In this document: in pieces, positions 9,851 through 19,924 of the stretch
How the letters are laid out: each line of letters opens with the position of its first letter
Position numbering within the stretch: position 1 is the first letter of the stretch
Source of the DNA: Chiloscyllium plagiosum
Lineage: Eukaryota
NCBI RefSeq assembly: GCF_004010195.1
Contig: NC_057717.1
Location: 103,775,658 to 103,809,245 of the forward strand
Direction of reading: 5' to 3'
Length of the DNA stretch: 33,588 nt
Made by a program: the position numbers and the translations under genes
Notes under the pieces: generated by a model
What the model saw: only the letters and a program-made list of their open reading frames with translations
The model's database searches: none
Told to the model about the DNA's origin: nothing

Positions 9851-10696
9851 TAATGTTCCAACCTCTGAGTCTGGAGACCCAGTTTCAAGTCTCCCCTAGT
9901 CCAGGGATGAGTCTTAACATTCCTGAGCACCTCGATTAGAAAATATGTAAATGCTGACCTTACCAGCAATACTCACAACCTGTGAGGTTTTTTTGTTTAT
10001 AAGTATCACAGCATCACTCAAAGTCAGTCTGTCAAACTTGTGCTGAACTATCTACTCATCTCACTCTCCTCATGCTCGGTTTCTTATCCCTGAAAGCCTT
10101 TAACTCCCTTCTGGAATGATTTTGATTGTTCACCCACAGTAGGGGTGACAAAGTGGCAATGTCCCAGTCTCTGGACCAGAAACTCCAGGTTCAAACCACA
10201 ATGCAGGAGGGCCTCTGCAGTAAATGATTGAATGCTCATAGTGTAATTCCTTCCAATAGACTGGCCAACAGTGGTGCAAAGGGAATTTCCCGATCAGCCC
10301 TCCTGCAGACGTCCGCCATATTGCCAATAAGCATGGACCAATCACACGGCCCCAGTCTTTGGACATGGGAGGAAATGGCAGATTTCATGAGGAGCTTATA
10401 GCAGAGATGGTCACGTTCAAATCACCCTCTGCACACCTTCTCTCTAGCCGCCCATCCATTGTTTTGGGGATTATCTTAAACCTCTACAGTAGCCACTGAC
10501 TGAAAGTGCAAGAGAGTGCAACTAGAAACACACCCTCGAAAATAAGAGAACTCTGGCCAGGAGATGACAAGAAGCAATCAAAATGGCCTCTTGATGCTGA
10601 ACCATTTAGAAGTTTTGTTAACACAACCCTCAGGTTCCAATCAAGGGAGGATCATAACCAATGGATGCGCAGTTAAGAAAATTGACAAGACAACTT

Positions 10697-11016
10697 GGGG
10701 CAGCGCAGTGGCTCAGTGGTTAGCACTGCTGCTTCATAGCACCAGGGTCCCTGGTGCGATTCCAGCCTTGGGTGACTGGCTGTGTGGAGTTTGCACATTC
10801 TCCCTGTGTCTGTTGGGTTTCCTCTGGGTGTTTCGGTTTCCTCCCACACTCCAAAGATGTGCAGGTCAGGTGAACTGGCCGAGTTAAATTGCCCGTAGTG
10901 TTAGGTGCATTAGTCAGAGGGATATGGGTCTGGGTGGGTTACTCTTTGGAGGGTCAGTGTGGACTGGTTGGGCTGAAGGGCCTGTTTCCATTCTGTAGGG
11001 AATCTAATAAAAAAAA
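10697..11016 (+). mobile_element. HE1-like V-SINE
   Basis: gggcagcgcagtggctcagtggttagcac..gtggagtttgcacattctccc..cctgtttccattctgtagggaatctaataaaaaaaa. Confidence 0.92.
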
Positions 11017-11059
11017 GCCCAAGTTGAGAATGGAAGGTCTCTTTCTTCCTCACAGCTTT

Positions 11060-11345
11060 CTTTTATTCGTTCACAAGATGAGGATGACACGAGACAGACC
11101 AGTATTTATTGCCCATCCCTAACTGCCCAGAGGGCAGTCAAGAGTCGACCCCATTGCTGGAGGTCTGGAGTCACATGGAAGCCAGACAGGGTAAGGATGG
11201 CAGATTTCCTTCCTTACAGTACAGATGGGTTTTTCTGACAATGAATACATGGTTATCATTAGACTCCTAATTCCAGATTTTTATTAAATTCAAATTCCTC
11301 CATCTGGTACCCAGGCCGTTACCCGGGTCTCTGGATTATCGGCGC
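11060..11345 (-). mobile_element. SINE with L2/Crack-like tail (same family at 12945-13280 and 32217-32520)
   Basis: Three homologous copies share atttattgcccatccctaa-tgcccagagggcagt-aagagtc...ggtaaggatggcag...ttccagat...aattcaa. Confidence 0.7.
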
Positions 11346-11974
11346 ACATGGCCATTGTCTTCCTGAGTTGTTGCAGTTTGAGTCACACTGAAAAGCCACT
11401 GAAAGCAGATTCAGTCGCAATTTCCAAAAGGAAAATTTTAAAATGGAAAGAGAAAGTGAAATTGCCGGGCCTTGGGGAAGGCGCAAAGGGAACTGTGACT
11501 AATTAAACCAATCTTTCAGAGGGCTAGCACAGCCACAAGGGGCAGAAAGGCCCCCTGCTCTGTGTGTGATATGAATGCACATGGCATTGATCATGTTAAT
11601 GAAGGAGGAACATTGGCCAGGACAGGAGGAGAACTCCCACCAAGCAGGAGATGTAAGGTGCGGAAAATCACAGAAACATCCTTTTCCACAATACACAGAG
11701 TGCTCTGACACTGGCATCAAAGTGGGAAATGTACATTAATTAGAAAAGTTGGCATAAAATATGAAAACATGAATCAGAGACTCTCACAAACAAAAAAAGT
11801 TAATTGAAGATTAATATCTTTGGCCTTTTCTACGTGTTAAACAGATCTTTGGCCGGTTTTATATGTTAAGATCAGGAGAGACCAGATTTAATTCAAATAG
11901 AGGAGGCTCCCAGGTGACTTGAGAGAAGTGTTTAGAATGTGAGCAAGGTGCAATGGAGTGGACTTTATTCGTGA

Positions 11975-12900
11975 TTAAGGGTTGACAGTAAGAAAGTGCA
12001 GGATTTGGGAAGTAACGTTGTACAGGATATTGGTGAGACCTTGGCTGGAGTATTGTGTCCAGTTCTGGTCACCCAGTTATAGGAAGGATATGATGAAGAA
12101 GAGATTTACCAGGACTTCGCCAGGAATGGAAGATTTGAGTTATAAAGAAAGACTAAATAGGCTGAGATGTTTTTCACTGGACTGCAGGAGGTTGAGAGAT
12201 GATCTGATTAGATTACTCACAGTGTGGAAACAGGCCCTTCGGCCCAACAAGTCCACACCGACCCTCCAAAGGGCAACCCACCCAGACCTATTCCACTACA
12301 TTTACCCCTTCACCTAACACTACGGGCAATTTAGAATGGCCAATTCACCTAACCTGCACATTTTTGGACTGTGGGGGGAAACCGGAGCACCCGGAGGAAA
12401 GCCATGCAGACACGATGAGAATGTGCAAACTCCACACAGACAGTTGCCCGAGGCGGGAATTGAACCTGGGTCTCTGGTGTTGTGAGGCAGCAGTGCTAAC
12501 CACTGAGCCACCGTGCCACCCACAAGGTGGATTCTGATAGAATTTATAAAATAATGCGAGCTATAGATAGAGTTAATGGTAGTTGTGCACTCCCTAGAGT
12601 GGGGTATTTCAAAACTGGGGGCACATTTTTAAGGTGAGAGGAGAGAGATATTAAAAAGGCATAAGGGGAAAATTGTTTACCCAGAGGATGGTTCACGTGT
12701 GGAATGACCTTCCTGAGGAAGTGATGGATGCAGGAACAGTTACAATGTTTAAAAGACATTTGGATAAGTTCATGAATAGGAAAAGTTTGGAAGGATATGG
12801 GCCAGGAGCAGGCAGGTGGGACTAGTTTAGTTTGGGATTAGGGTAAGCATGGACTGGTTGGACCGAAGGGTCTGATTCCATGCTGGATGAATCTATGACT
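11975..12900 (+). mobile_element. CR1/HER1 LINE 3' end split by an HE1 SINE
   Basis: LYRILVRPWLEYCVQFWSPSYRKD..LSYKERLNRL..RRLRDDL | SINE | resumes ctgatagaatttataaaataatg..; tail tctatgact. Confidence 0.9.
12209..12521 (-). mobile_element. HE1-like V-SINE inserted in CR1
   Basis: Full tRNA head and V-domain on minus; possible TSD TCTGAT at 12203-12208 and 12533-12538. Confidence 0.9.
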
Positions 12901-12944
12901 GTATTAACTCTTATTGTAGAGAAGTGTGCAGGACAGTTCTCTTT

Positions 12945-13280
12945 CTCTGATTCACTCATGGGGTATGGACATCACTGGCAAGGCCAGCATTTATTGCCCA
13001 TCCCTAATTGCCCAGAGGGCAGTTAAGAGTCAACCACGTTGCTGTGGGTCTGGAGTTACATGTAGGTCAGACCAGGTAAGGATGGCAGATTCCTTCCCTG
13101 AAGGACGTTAGTGAACCAAATGGGTTTTTCCAACATCAATGGTCTCATGGTCACCATTAGACTCTTAAATCCAGATTCTTTACTGAATTCAATTTCCACC
13201 ATCTCCCATGCTCCAGAACATTAGCTGAGTTTCTGGATTAAGAGTCTAGTGATAATACCACTAGGCCATTGCTTCCCCTA
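12945..13280 (-). mobile_element. SINE with L2/Crack-like tail
   Basis: Homologous to 11060-11345 and 32217-32520; tRNA-like head on minus (ggggaagcaatggcctagtggtattatcactagact). Confidence 0.75.
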
Positions 13281-13609
13281 ATAGAGGGTTTTCACAGATG
13301 GTTGCAATACCATGGACTAAAATCAGAAAGTACTGGAGAAACTCACTGGGTATTATAACATCTGTGGAGAGAGGGGTTACAAAGAGGAATCGTTCTGCAC
13401 ATTAACACTCTCCACTGTTGCTGAGTTGCCTTTCTGGCTTAATAATAATGTGAACTGAATGGATTCTTTCATCAAATAATACCTTTATAACAATATGTTA
13501 AAGTAAAGAAGGTGTCTGTAATGCAGTCAGTATCAAAGATTTATATTGTGCAAGGACAGTTAAAGCTCCTGGGGTGGGGGTGGGGGGGGGGAGGGGGGGG
13601 GAGTTCTTT

Positions 13610-14295
13610 TGATGTAATTTGATTTATTTTTGTTGCAAAGCTTTGAATGGCATGCAGTACAGGCAGATCATAGCGTACAAAGTGAATTAGGGTAATAGCA
13701 CAGAGTGAGGAATACAATGTAACAGCTGCAGAGGAGGGGCACGGAGACCAAGATCTACATTAAATTGGAAACTTGAGAGGTCCATCAGAGCTGAAAATGT
13801 GTTGCTGGAAAAGCGCAGCAGGTCAGGCAGCATCCAAGGAACAGGAGAAGGGCTTATGCCTGAAACGTTGATTCTCTTGCTCCTCGGATGCTGCCTGACC
13901 TGCTGCGCTTTTCCAGCAACACATTTTCAGCTCTGATCTCCAGCATCTGCAGTCCTCACTTTCTCCAGGTCCATTCAGAAGTCTAATAACAGCAGGGAAG
14001 AAGCTGTTCTTAAATCTGTTGGTCCGTATGTTTAAGCTTTTGTATGTTCTATCCAACAGAAGAGGTTGGAAAAGAGTGTAACCAGGGTGGGAGGGGTCTT
14101 TGATGATGTCGGCTGCTTTCCCGAAGTAGAGATGGGATCAATGGAAGAGAGGCTGGATTATGTGACGGACTGGGCTGTGTTCACAACTCCCTCTCGTTTC
14201 TTACGGCCCAGAGCAGAGCAGTTGCCGTAACAAGCCGTGAAACATCCGGATAGGATGCTTTCTAGAGTGCATCTAGAAAAATTAATCAGACAGTT
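13610..14295 (-). mobile_element. Rex1/Babar LINE 3' fragment, interrupted by a Penelope-like insert
   Basis: Minus translations LINFSRCTLESILSGCFTACYGNCS..VVNTAQSVT and RTNRFKNSFFPAVIRLLN are typical Rex1 RT C-terminal motifs. Confidence 0.85.
13786..13966. mobile_element. Penelope-like pseudo-LTR palindrome with 8-bp TSD
   Basis: Inverted arms ~13784-13849 and ~13872-13937; flanked by AGGTCCAT at 13778-13785 and 13967-13974; same family as 1857-2066. Confidence 0.75.
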
Positions 14296-14834
14296 CTCCC
14301 CTTCTACTGACCCGGTTCCAGCACAAACCTCCAGGCAACGGGGCAAAAGTTTCCGGACTCTGCATTCCCCGATTTTCCACCCCAAGGCTGTGACCAGTGT
14401 TTCCAAAATTACTCCAAATTTACCCAACCTTTCACTGTTTTTAGTGGGACAAAGGTCAGTGGAAACTGATTTACCATAAACATAGAGCAATTTAACTGTT
14501 ATAAATTCTGCCAAAGTGCAAAATAAGCGGCATTATCCAGTGGGTTATTCTAACAATAACTCTCAATACAACAAGCCAGTCCCTGTCTCTCTTTCCCTCA
14601 GATCAAGGTTAGATTTAGAGTTCCCTCAATGCTGTATACTTTCCAACATTATCTATAAACAATTGGTTTCGCATTGATCTGTTACTGGGTGGTGCAATTA
14701 AAATGGTGTTAGATGTTGGATAAAGTTAGATACATTTGTTTTGTACACTATAAAAATTTTAACCAATGCAGTTACCAACATTCTCCTGGAATAAAGGATA
14801 AATTACTCCAATTTTAATAAACTAGAGATTTCCT

Positions 14835-14927
14835 CAGAAGGGTCACTCTACCTGAAACGTTAACTCTGATTTCTCTCCACAGATGCTGCCAGATCTGCTG
14901 AGCTTTTCCAGCAATTTCTGTGTTTGT
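14835..14927 (+). mobile_element. Diverged Penelope-like pLTR fragment
   Basis: gaagggtcactctacctgaaacgttaactctg...agatgctgccagatctgctgagcttttccagca, related to the two palindromic copies. Confidence 0.6.
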
Positions 14928-15520
14928 TAGTGATTTTTTGTTTAATTGTTTCTGAGTGTTAATCCCTAACTGAGAATTTCACGAAGCAACATTTGGATCT
15001 AATCTGACAGACTAGTTTCTGCCCTTTGTACAAACCGTGTCTCCAACCCGGTCTGATTTCTAGCCCTTTGAAGTCATGGATGGGAACAGTGGCCATTCGA
15101 TTTGTGGTCCTTTGATCATTCCCACATCACACTCTACAAAGAAACATGTTACCACCAACAAAATGCTCCTAAATTCTCACACACTCTAGAATCTGATTCT
15201 TCTTGCCGTTGGTATTTTTTACGCGTTGTGGTAACGAGTTCAAGACGAAAACCTCGCTCAAAATGTGCCTTTTTGTGTGGCAACCTGCAAATTCTGCATC
15301 ACCAGACAAAAAGGGTTTTCTACAATATTTCAGATCAATCCCCTTACTTTCTTTGTTCAGTGAAATATCTCAGTGACAGAAGAGCAGAAAACTGCCTTTG
15401 AAATATCGCCCATTTAAAATCCCTCAGCTGGTTCCATCCCTTATTAAAAAGATTGATTTTTCATGTAAACACCACAACGTTACCTCTCAAATTAGGAAAT
15501 TTATCGGTCAACTCCATCAA

Positions 15521-16190
15521 GAACAGAGCCATAGAGATGTACAGCACAGAAACAGACCCCTCGGTCCAACCCGTCCATGCTGACCAGTTATCCTGAATTA
15601 ATCTAGTCCCATTTGCCTGCGTTCATCCCACATCCCTCTAAACCCTTCCTATTCATAAACCCATCCAAATGCCCTTTAAATGTTGCAATTGTACCAGCCT
15701 CCATCACATCCTCTGGCAGCTCATTCCATACACGTACCACCCTCTGCGTGAAAACGTTGCCCCTTAGGTCTCTTTTATATCTTTCCCCTCTCACCTTAAA
15801 CCTATGCCTTTATTTTTGAACTTCCCTACTCTGGGGAAAAGATCTTGTCTATTTGCCCTATCTGAGCCCTTCACGATTTTATAAACCTCTATAAGGTCAA
15901 CCCTTAGCATCTGACGCTCCAGGGAAAACAGCCCCAGACTGTTCAGCCTCACCAACCCTGGCAACATCCTTGTAAATCTTCTCTGAACCCTTTCAAGTTT
16001 CACAACATCCTTCCTATAGCAGGGAGACCAGAATTGCAAGCAGCATTCTAAAAGTGGCCTAACCAATGTCCTGTACAGCTGCAACATGATCTCCCAACTC
16101 CTGTACTCAGTGCACTGACTAATAAAGGCAAGGGTTCTAAATGTCTTCTTCACCACTCTGTCTACCTGGGACTGCACTTTCAAGGAACTA
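15521..16190 (-). mobile_element. CR1/HER1 LINE 3' end
   Basis: SLKVQSQVDRVVKK..LQLYRTLVRPLLECCLQFWSPCYRKDVVKLERVQRRFTRML..FTQRVVRVWNELP plus 3'UTR. Confidence 0.93.
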
Positions 16191-17051
16191 ATAGTCTTGC
16201 ACCATTTGCAAATCCTGCTTTCCCTCCGTCCTGGATGGTGGAAGTGTTCAGACAAGAGAAAGCTAGTCACCTCTTGCTTTTCCCTGCCACCACGCAAGAA
16301 GAGATGAGAAGCTAGGACTGTTCTCCAGCAACATCTCAACATCTTCAAAGTGCCACTACAGACACCCGTAAAAAGATCATAGTCACTTGGAAGGACTTGG
16401 ATAGAGTGAGTGAAGGGAAACAGTTTGCAATGACAGGAGGGTTGGAAGTCGGTGAGGGGGGGCAGCTTTAAAGTAACTGAAAACTGAAGCAGAGAGAGAG
16501 GGTGAAGGGAATTTTTTTTAACACAGCAAGTTATTGCGATCTCTAACGTACAGCCCAACAGAACTCGAGAAGCAGATTTGGCAACAGTGGGGCAGGAAAC
16601 ATCAAGGAAGACGATTGGCAGCATTGTGTTAGTGTCAGCCCCGCATTCATCCTTTCAGCTCCCTGCCAAGCCCCCTCTGTACAAGTGCCCCGCTGACTTC
16701 GCCATCATCAAGCCTTTCCCTGATTCCCTTCAGACAGTGACTAGTGAACCTGCTCCCAACCTGGGCAGTACTTTCAAGACCTTACTGTGTTGAAAAATAA
16801 AAGACGGCACTTTTTGTGAAACATTCTGACACGCTTGCGCTCCCTGTGGGGGACAGAATGTCCTCTCTCACCCATCGCTCGAAATGGCTTCTCTCCATCC
16901 ACCTATCAACACTCCCTCAGGATTATAAACGGTCCAGTCAGATTGAACCGTGATCCCCCCACATTAGGAGCTGGTTGGTTTGGGGGGGGGGGGGGGAGAG
17001 AGGGTGGGGGAGGGGTGGTGGCACGCGGTGATCCCAGGACCCACTCTTTAC

Positions 17052-17254
17052 CTTGGGATCTTCCTGCCCGGCCACTGCTCTGCCGGTGGATATCGCAGTT
17101 GTTGTAGATGGTCTCGTTCTCCCTGTGGTCCCGGAGAATATGGAAGTTGGTGTATGTTGGCTCGTGAGGCATGGTCTCCGGCATGGCACGGACCTGGCCA
17201 GCTGAGTCTGCCCTTTCTAGCGAGGTGCTCCAACTGAGCTCAGGGCACATGAGC
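17052..17254 (-). CDS. Candidate N-terminal cytoplasmic exon of a type II receptor (C-type-lectin-like), with two YxN motifs
   Basis: Frame MCPELSWSTSLERADSAGQVRAMPETMPHEPTYTNFHILRDHRENETIYNNCDIHRQSSGRAGRSQ(G). Donor CAAG|GTAAAG is phase 1 and joins in frame to the TM exon. Possible acceptor ttgttctgtAG| at 17255. Candidate ATGs at 17250, 17184 and 17172. Confidence 0.6.
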
Positions 17255-17327
17255 CTACAGAACAAGTGGGCAGGACCTTCAATGTCTGCTTCATGCATCA
17301 TGCTGCTCTCTGAAACGCAGGTTTTCT

Positions 17328-17625
17328 AAGAGATATTATCTCCTGCACTTCCTGTGATTCACTTATCTCAGTGAGTACCGGCAAAAAAAAGGACTGTTAT
17401 CAGAAATGATCTCTGCTTTACAGTTTTACCCTTACTCAATCACTTTATATTCCTCAACATGGGGAGCAGTGGGCTGGGGAGGAGGGGAGGAGATGTTTGA
17501 GCTCAGAGATAGTTTTGTAAGTTTTTTCCTGGATGTGAGTTAGAGAAAGACCAATTGCATTAATCTTCCCCAGCAGCTTGCTTCCTCCCAATCTCAGACT
17601 GGTTTGTTCTATTGTAGGAAGTAGT
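17328..17625 (-). promoter_or_regulatory. Possible haematopoietic-type promoter/enhancer (ETS + GATA cluster) upstream of the cytoplasmic exon
   Basis: CAGGAAGT (minus, 17347-17354), AGATAAG (minus, 17362-17368), double GATA gagatattatctc near 17330-17342, AGGAAGT near 17616. Confidence 0.3.
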
Positions 17626-17667
17626 CTGACCTTTGGAAACCATTTATCACAGCCAGTGGGTGGACTT

Positions 17668-18016
17668 CACGCACACGCGCACACACAGACGCAGGCACAC
17701 ACACAAACACTCACACACACAGACATGACATACACACAAACACACAGACACACATACACACACACATACACACACAAACACACACAGACATAACACACAC
17801 AAACACAGACACGCACACGCATGCACACACACATGCACACACACATGCACACAAACACTCACACACAGACATAACACACCAGACACACAGAGACATGCAC
17901 ACACACACAGAGACACGCACACACACATAGACACACACATGCACATAGACTCTCACACACAGACACACACACAGACACACATACACACACATGCACGCGC
18001 ACGCACGCACACACAC
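17668..18016. repeat. Degenerate (CA)n microsatellite
   Basis: About 350 bp of cacacaca/cagaca/catgca. Confidence 0.95.
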
Positions 18017-19924
18017 AATTCAATTGCTCTCGAGTCAAGTGAGATTTCAATCCCACGTCCAACTCCCAATGAATGTGGCTTAGCTCAAAACCTGGTACTG
18101 CATGGTTCCCACCAACTGAATCCCAACACAGAATGAGTCGATTCGGCCTAGCGCCTCTGTGCTGGCTGTCAGAGAGAGCTACCCAATTAGCCTTATTCTT
18201 CCTGGCCTTTCCCCAATCTGGCCTTGTTCAACATGTCCCTGTCCAATTCACGTTTGGAAGCTGAATCTGTCTCCATGACTGAGTTCATTCCAAAGCAGAA
18301 CAGCTCACGATTTATTTCCCCTGTGGTTCTTTTACGAACTAATCATAACTGTTTGTCTGCACTGGAAACAGCTTCCCTTCATTTACCCAATCGAAACAGT
18401 CACCGTTTCTTAACCCTTTACCTTCTCCTTCAAGGAGAATGGTTCCAATTCCTTAACAACTGTCCCTCCTCAATCAATTCCTTCATTCGTTACTTCTCTT
18501 CTCACTCAGTGAAAATCAGGGTCCATGGTGAGGTGGTCAGCAGGTGGTCAATGAGGAACCTCTCAACATCAAGACCCAACAATCCCATTGTTCAAGCAAG
18601 TGTTGAGTAGTGAGATCGGTTACTCATTGGTGAGCGGTGAGATGCCTATTTCCAAGGATAATCACCTACTAAAAGCTTGGTTCTTGCTTAGTCTCACTTC
18701 ATTGGTATGCAATCACCCAACCTCCCAACTGCCAGTTAAAAACTAAACATTGACAACCCTTGGCATGACAGTCTGAGCGGGTACTTGGTGACTACAGTTT
18801 GTCCTCCATCTTGGGCACCCAGCATCATGTCACAGGGCACACTCTGTGTGCAATAGTGGCACGTAACCCATGTCCACAGACATTGGCATTGAGATGTATC
18901 AGCCTCACCCCTTTATCCTGGCAGATACCATGCCATGCATAGTACGTTCTGTGCTTTGGAGCAGCCCGGGATCTCTCACTATAACTACACAGAGGGACAG
19001 ACACTGTGCTCAGAGGGTCTCAGCACTCCCTCACTCACTGCCCGCTCAACCTTTGTCACGAAAGTTGGCATTTTGCCCAATCAGTTGCATCCCTGCCTTG
19101 CTGTTTAGTGCAAATATGAAGCCAAGCAGATAGTGGTGGTTGTCTCCGTCAAGGGCGTGGGTACCATGTTGTACAGTACTGTGCCCCATCAATCTCACAC
19201 CCGGGCCATGTCCCAGCAGGACAGGACAAACAGATCACACCTGCTTCAGCCAAATGACCCTTTCTCAAAGCGAAAAGGATGTGGCCCTCACGGATGGAGA
19301 GGTCATCACTTCGGGAGGTGGGAAAGCAGGGGGGTGGGGGGGGGGGGGGGGTACAACTAATCAGAGGCATCACGTGATGGAAGAGCTGGGGTGGTCAGGG
19401 TCAGGGGGTCCATCTCACTGCTGTCCTGGGACAGAGCCACGATCAGTCCTACACACCAAGCACAAACCATCAAGGGACCTCCAGGTCTCCGTTTGGGTAT
19501 GGGGGGGGGGGGGTGGGGGAGATGGGTCAGGTCACCCCAAAGCCTTGCAGTAAGCCCCAGAGGGGGTTACATGTGCTCTGCCCAGCTGGAGTAGATGGGA
19601 CAAAGAGCTGGCGTGATGGAGAGCAGGAGCAGTTACCTGAGGAGGGAGAGCAGAATGTTAGGCAGGAGAGACCTCACCGTCACAGAGAGAGCACAAGGGG
19701 ATGGACTGCTCCAACACCAAAAGAGGCTGATGGACACTCGGCTCCAGCCAGAAGGTCTCTCACACATGGACATGGTGAGCAGGCGTTATCCAGTGAAACC
19801 AGCATCCAATGGCTGGCCCTTGTTGTTGCTGAATACAAGTGAGTGGATTGAGGCATTACAAAGACCGCCTGTATATGAAGGCACCACAGTGAGAAGATGC
19901 TGGGCTATAGTGGTCATTGGATAA

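Noticed and set aside
10697..10770. tRNA genes at SINE heads (also ~7580-7653, ~12450-12521, ~29955-30024)
   Set aside because: tRNA-derived heads continuous with the V-domain and LINE tail; these are SINEs
13570..13602. Poly-G tracts as functional G-quadruplexes (also ~16982-17020, ~19329-19351, ~19501-19519)
   Set aside because: Simple low-complexity runs common in such genomes and error-prone in assemblies; no supporting evidence
15791..16624. 277-aa ORF as a gene
   Set aside because: Chance fusion of unique sequence with a CR1 ORF2 remnant
17647..18062. Cys/Val-rich ORFs
   Set aside because: Translation of a (TG)n microsatellite
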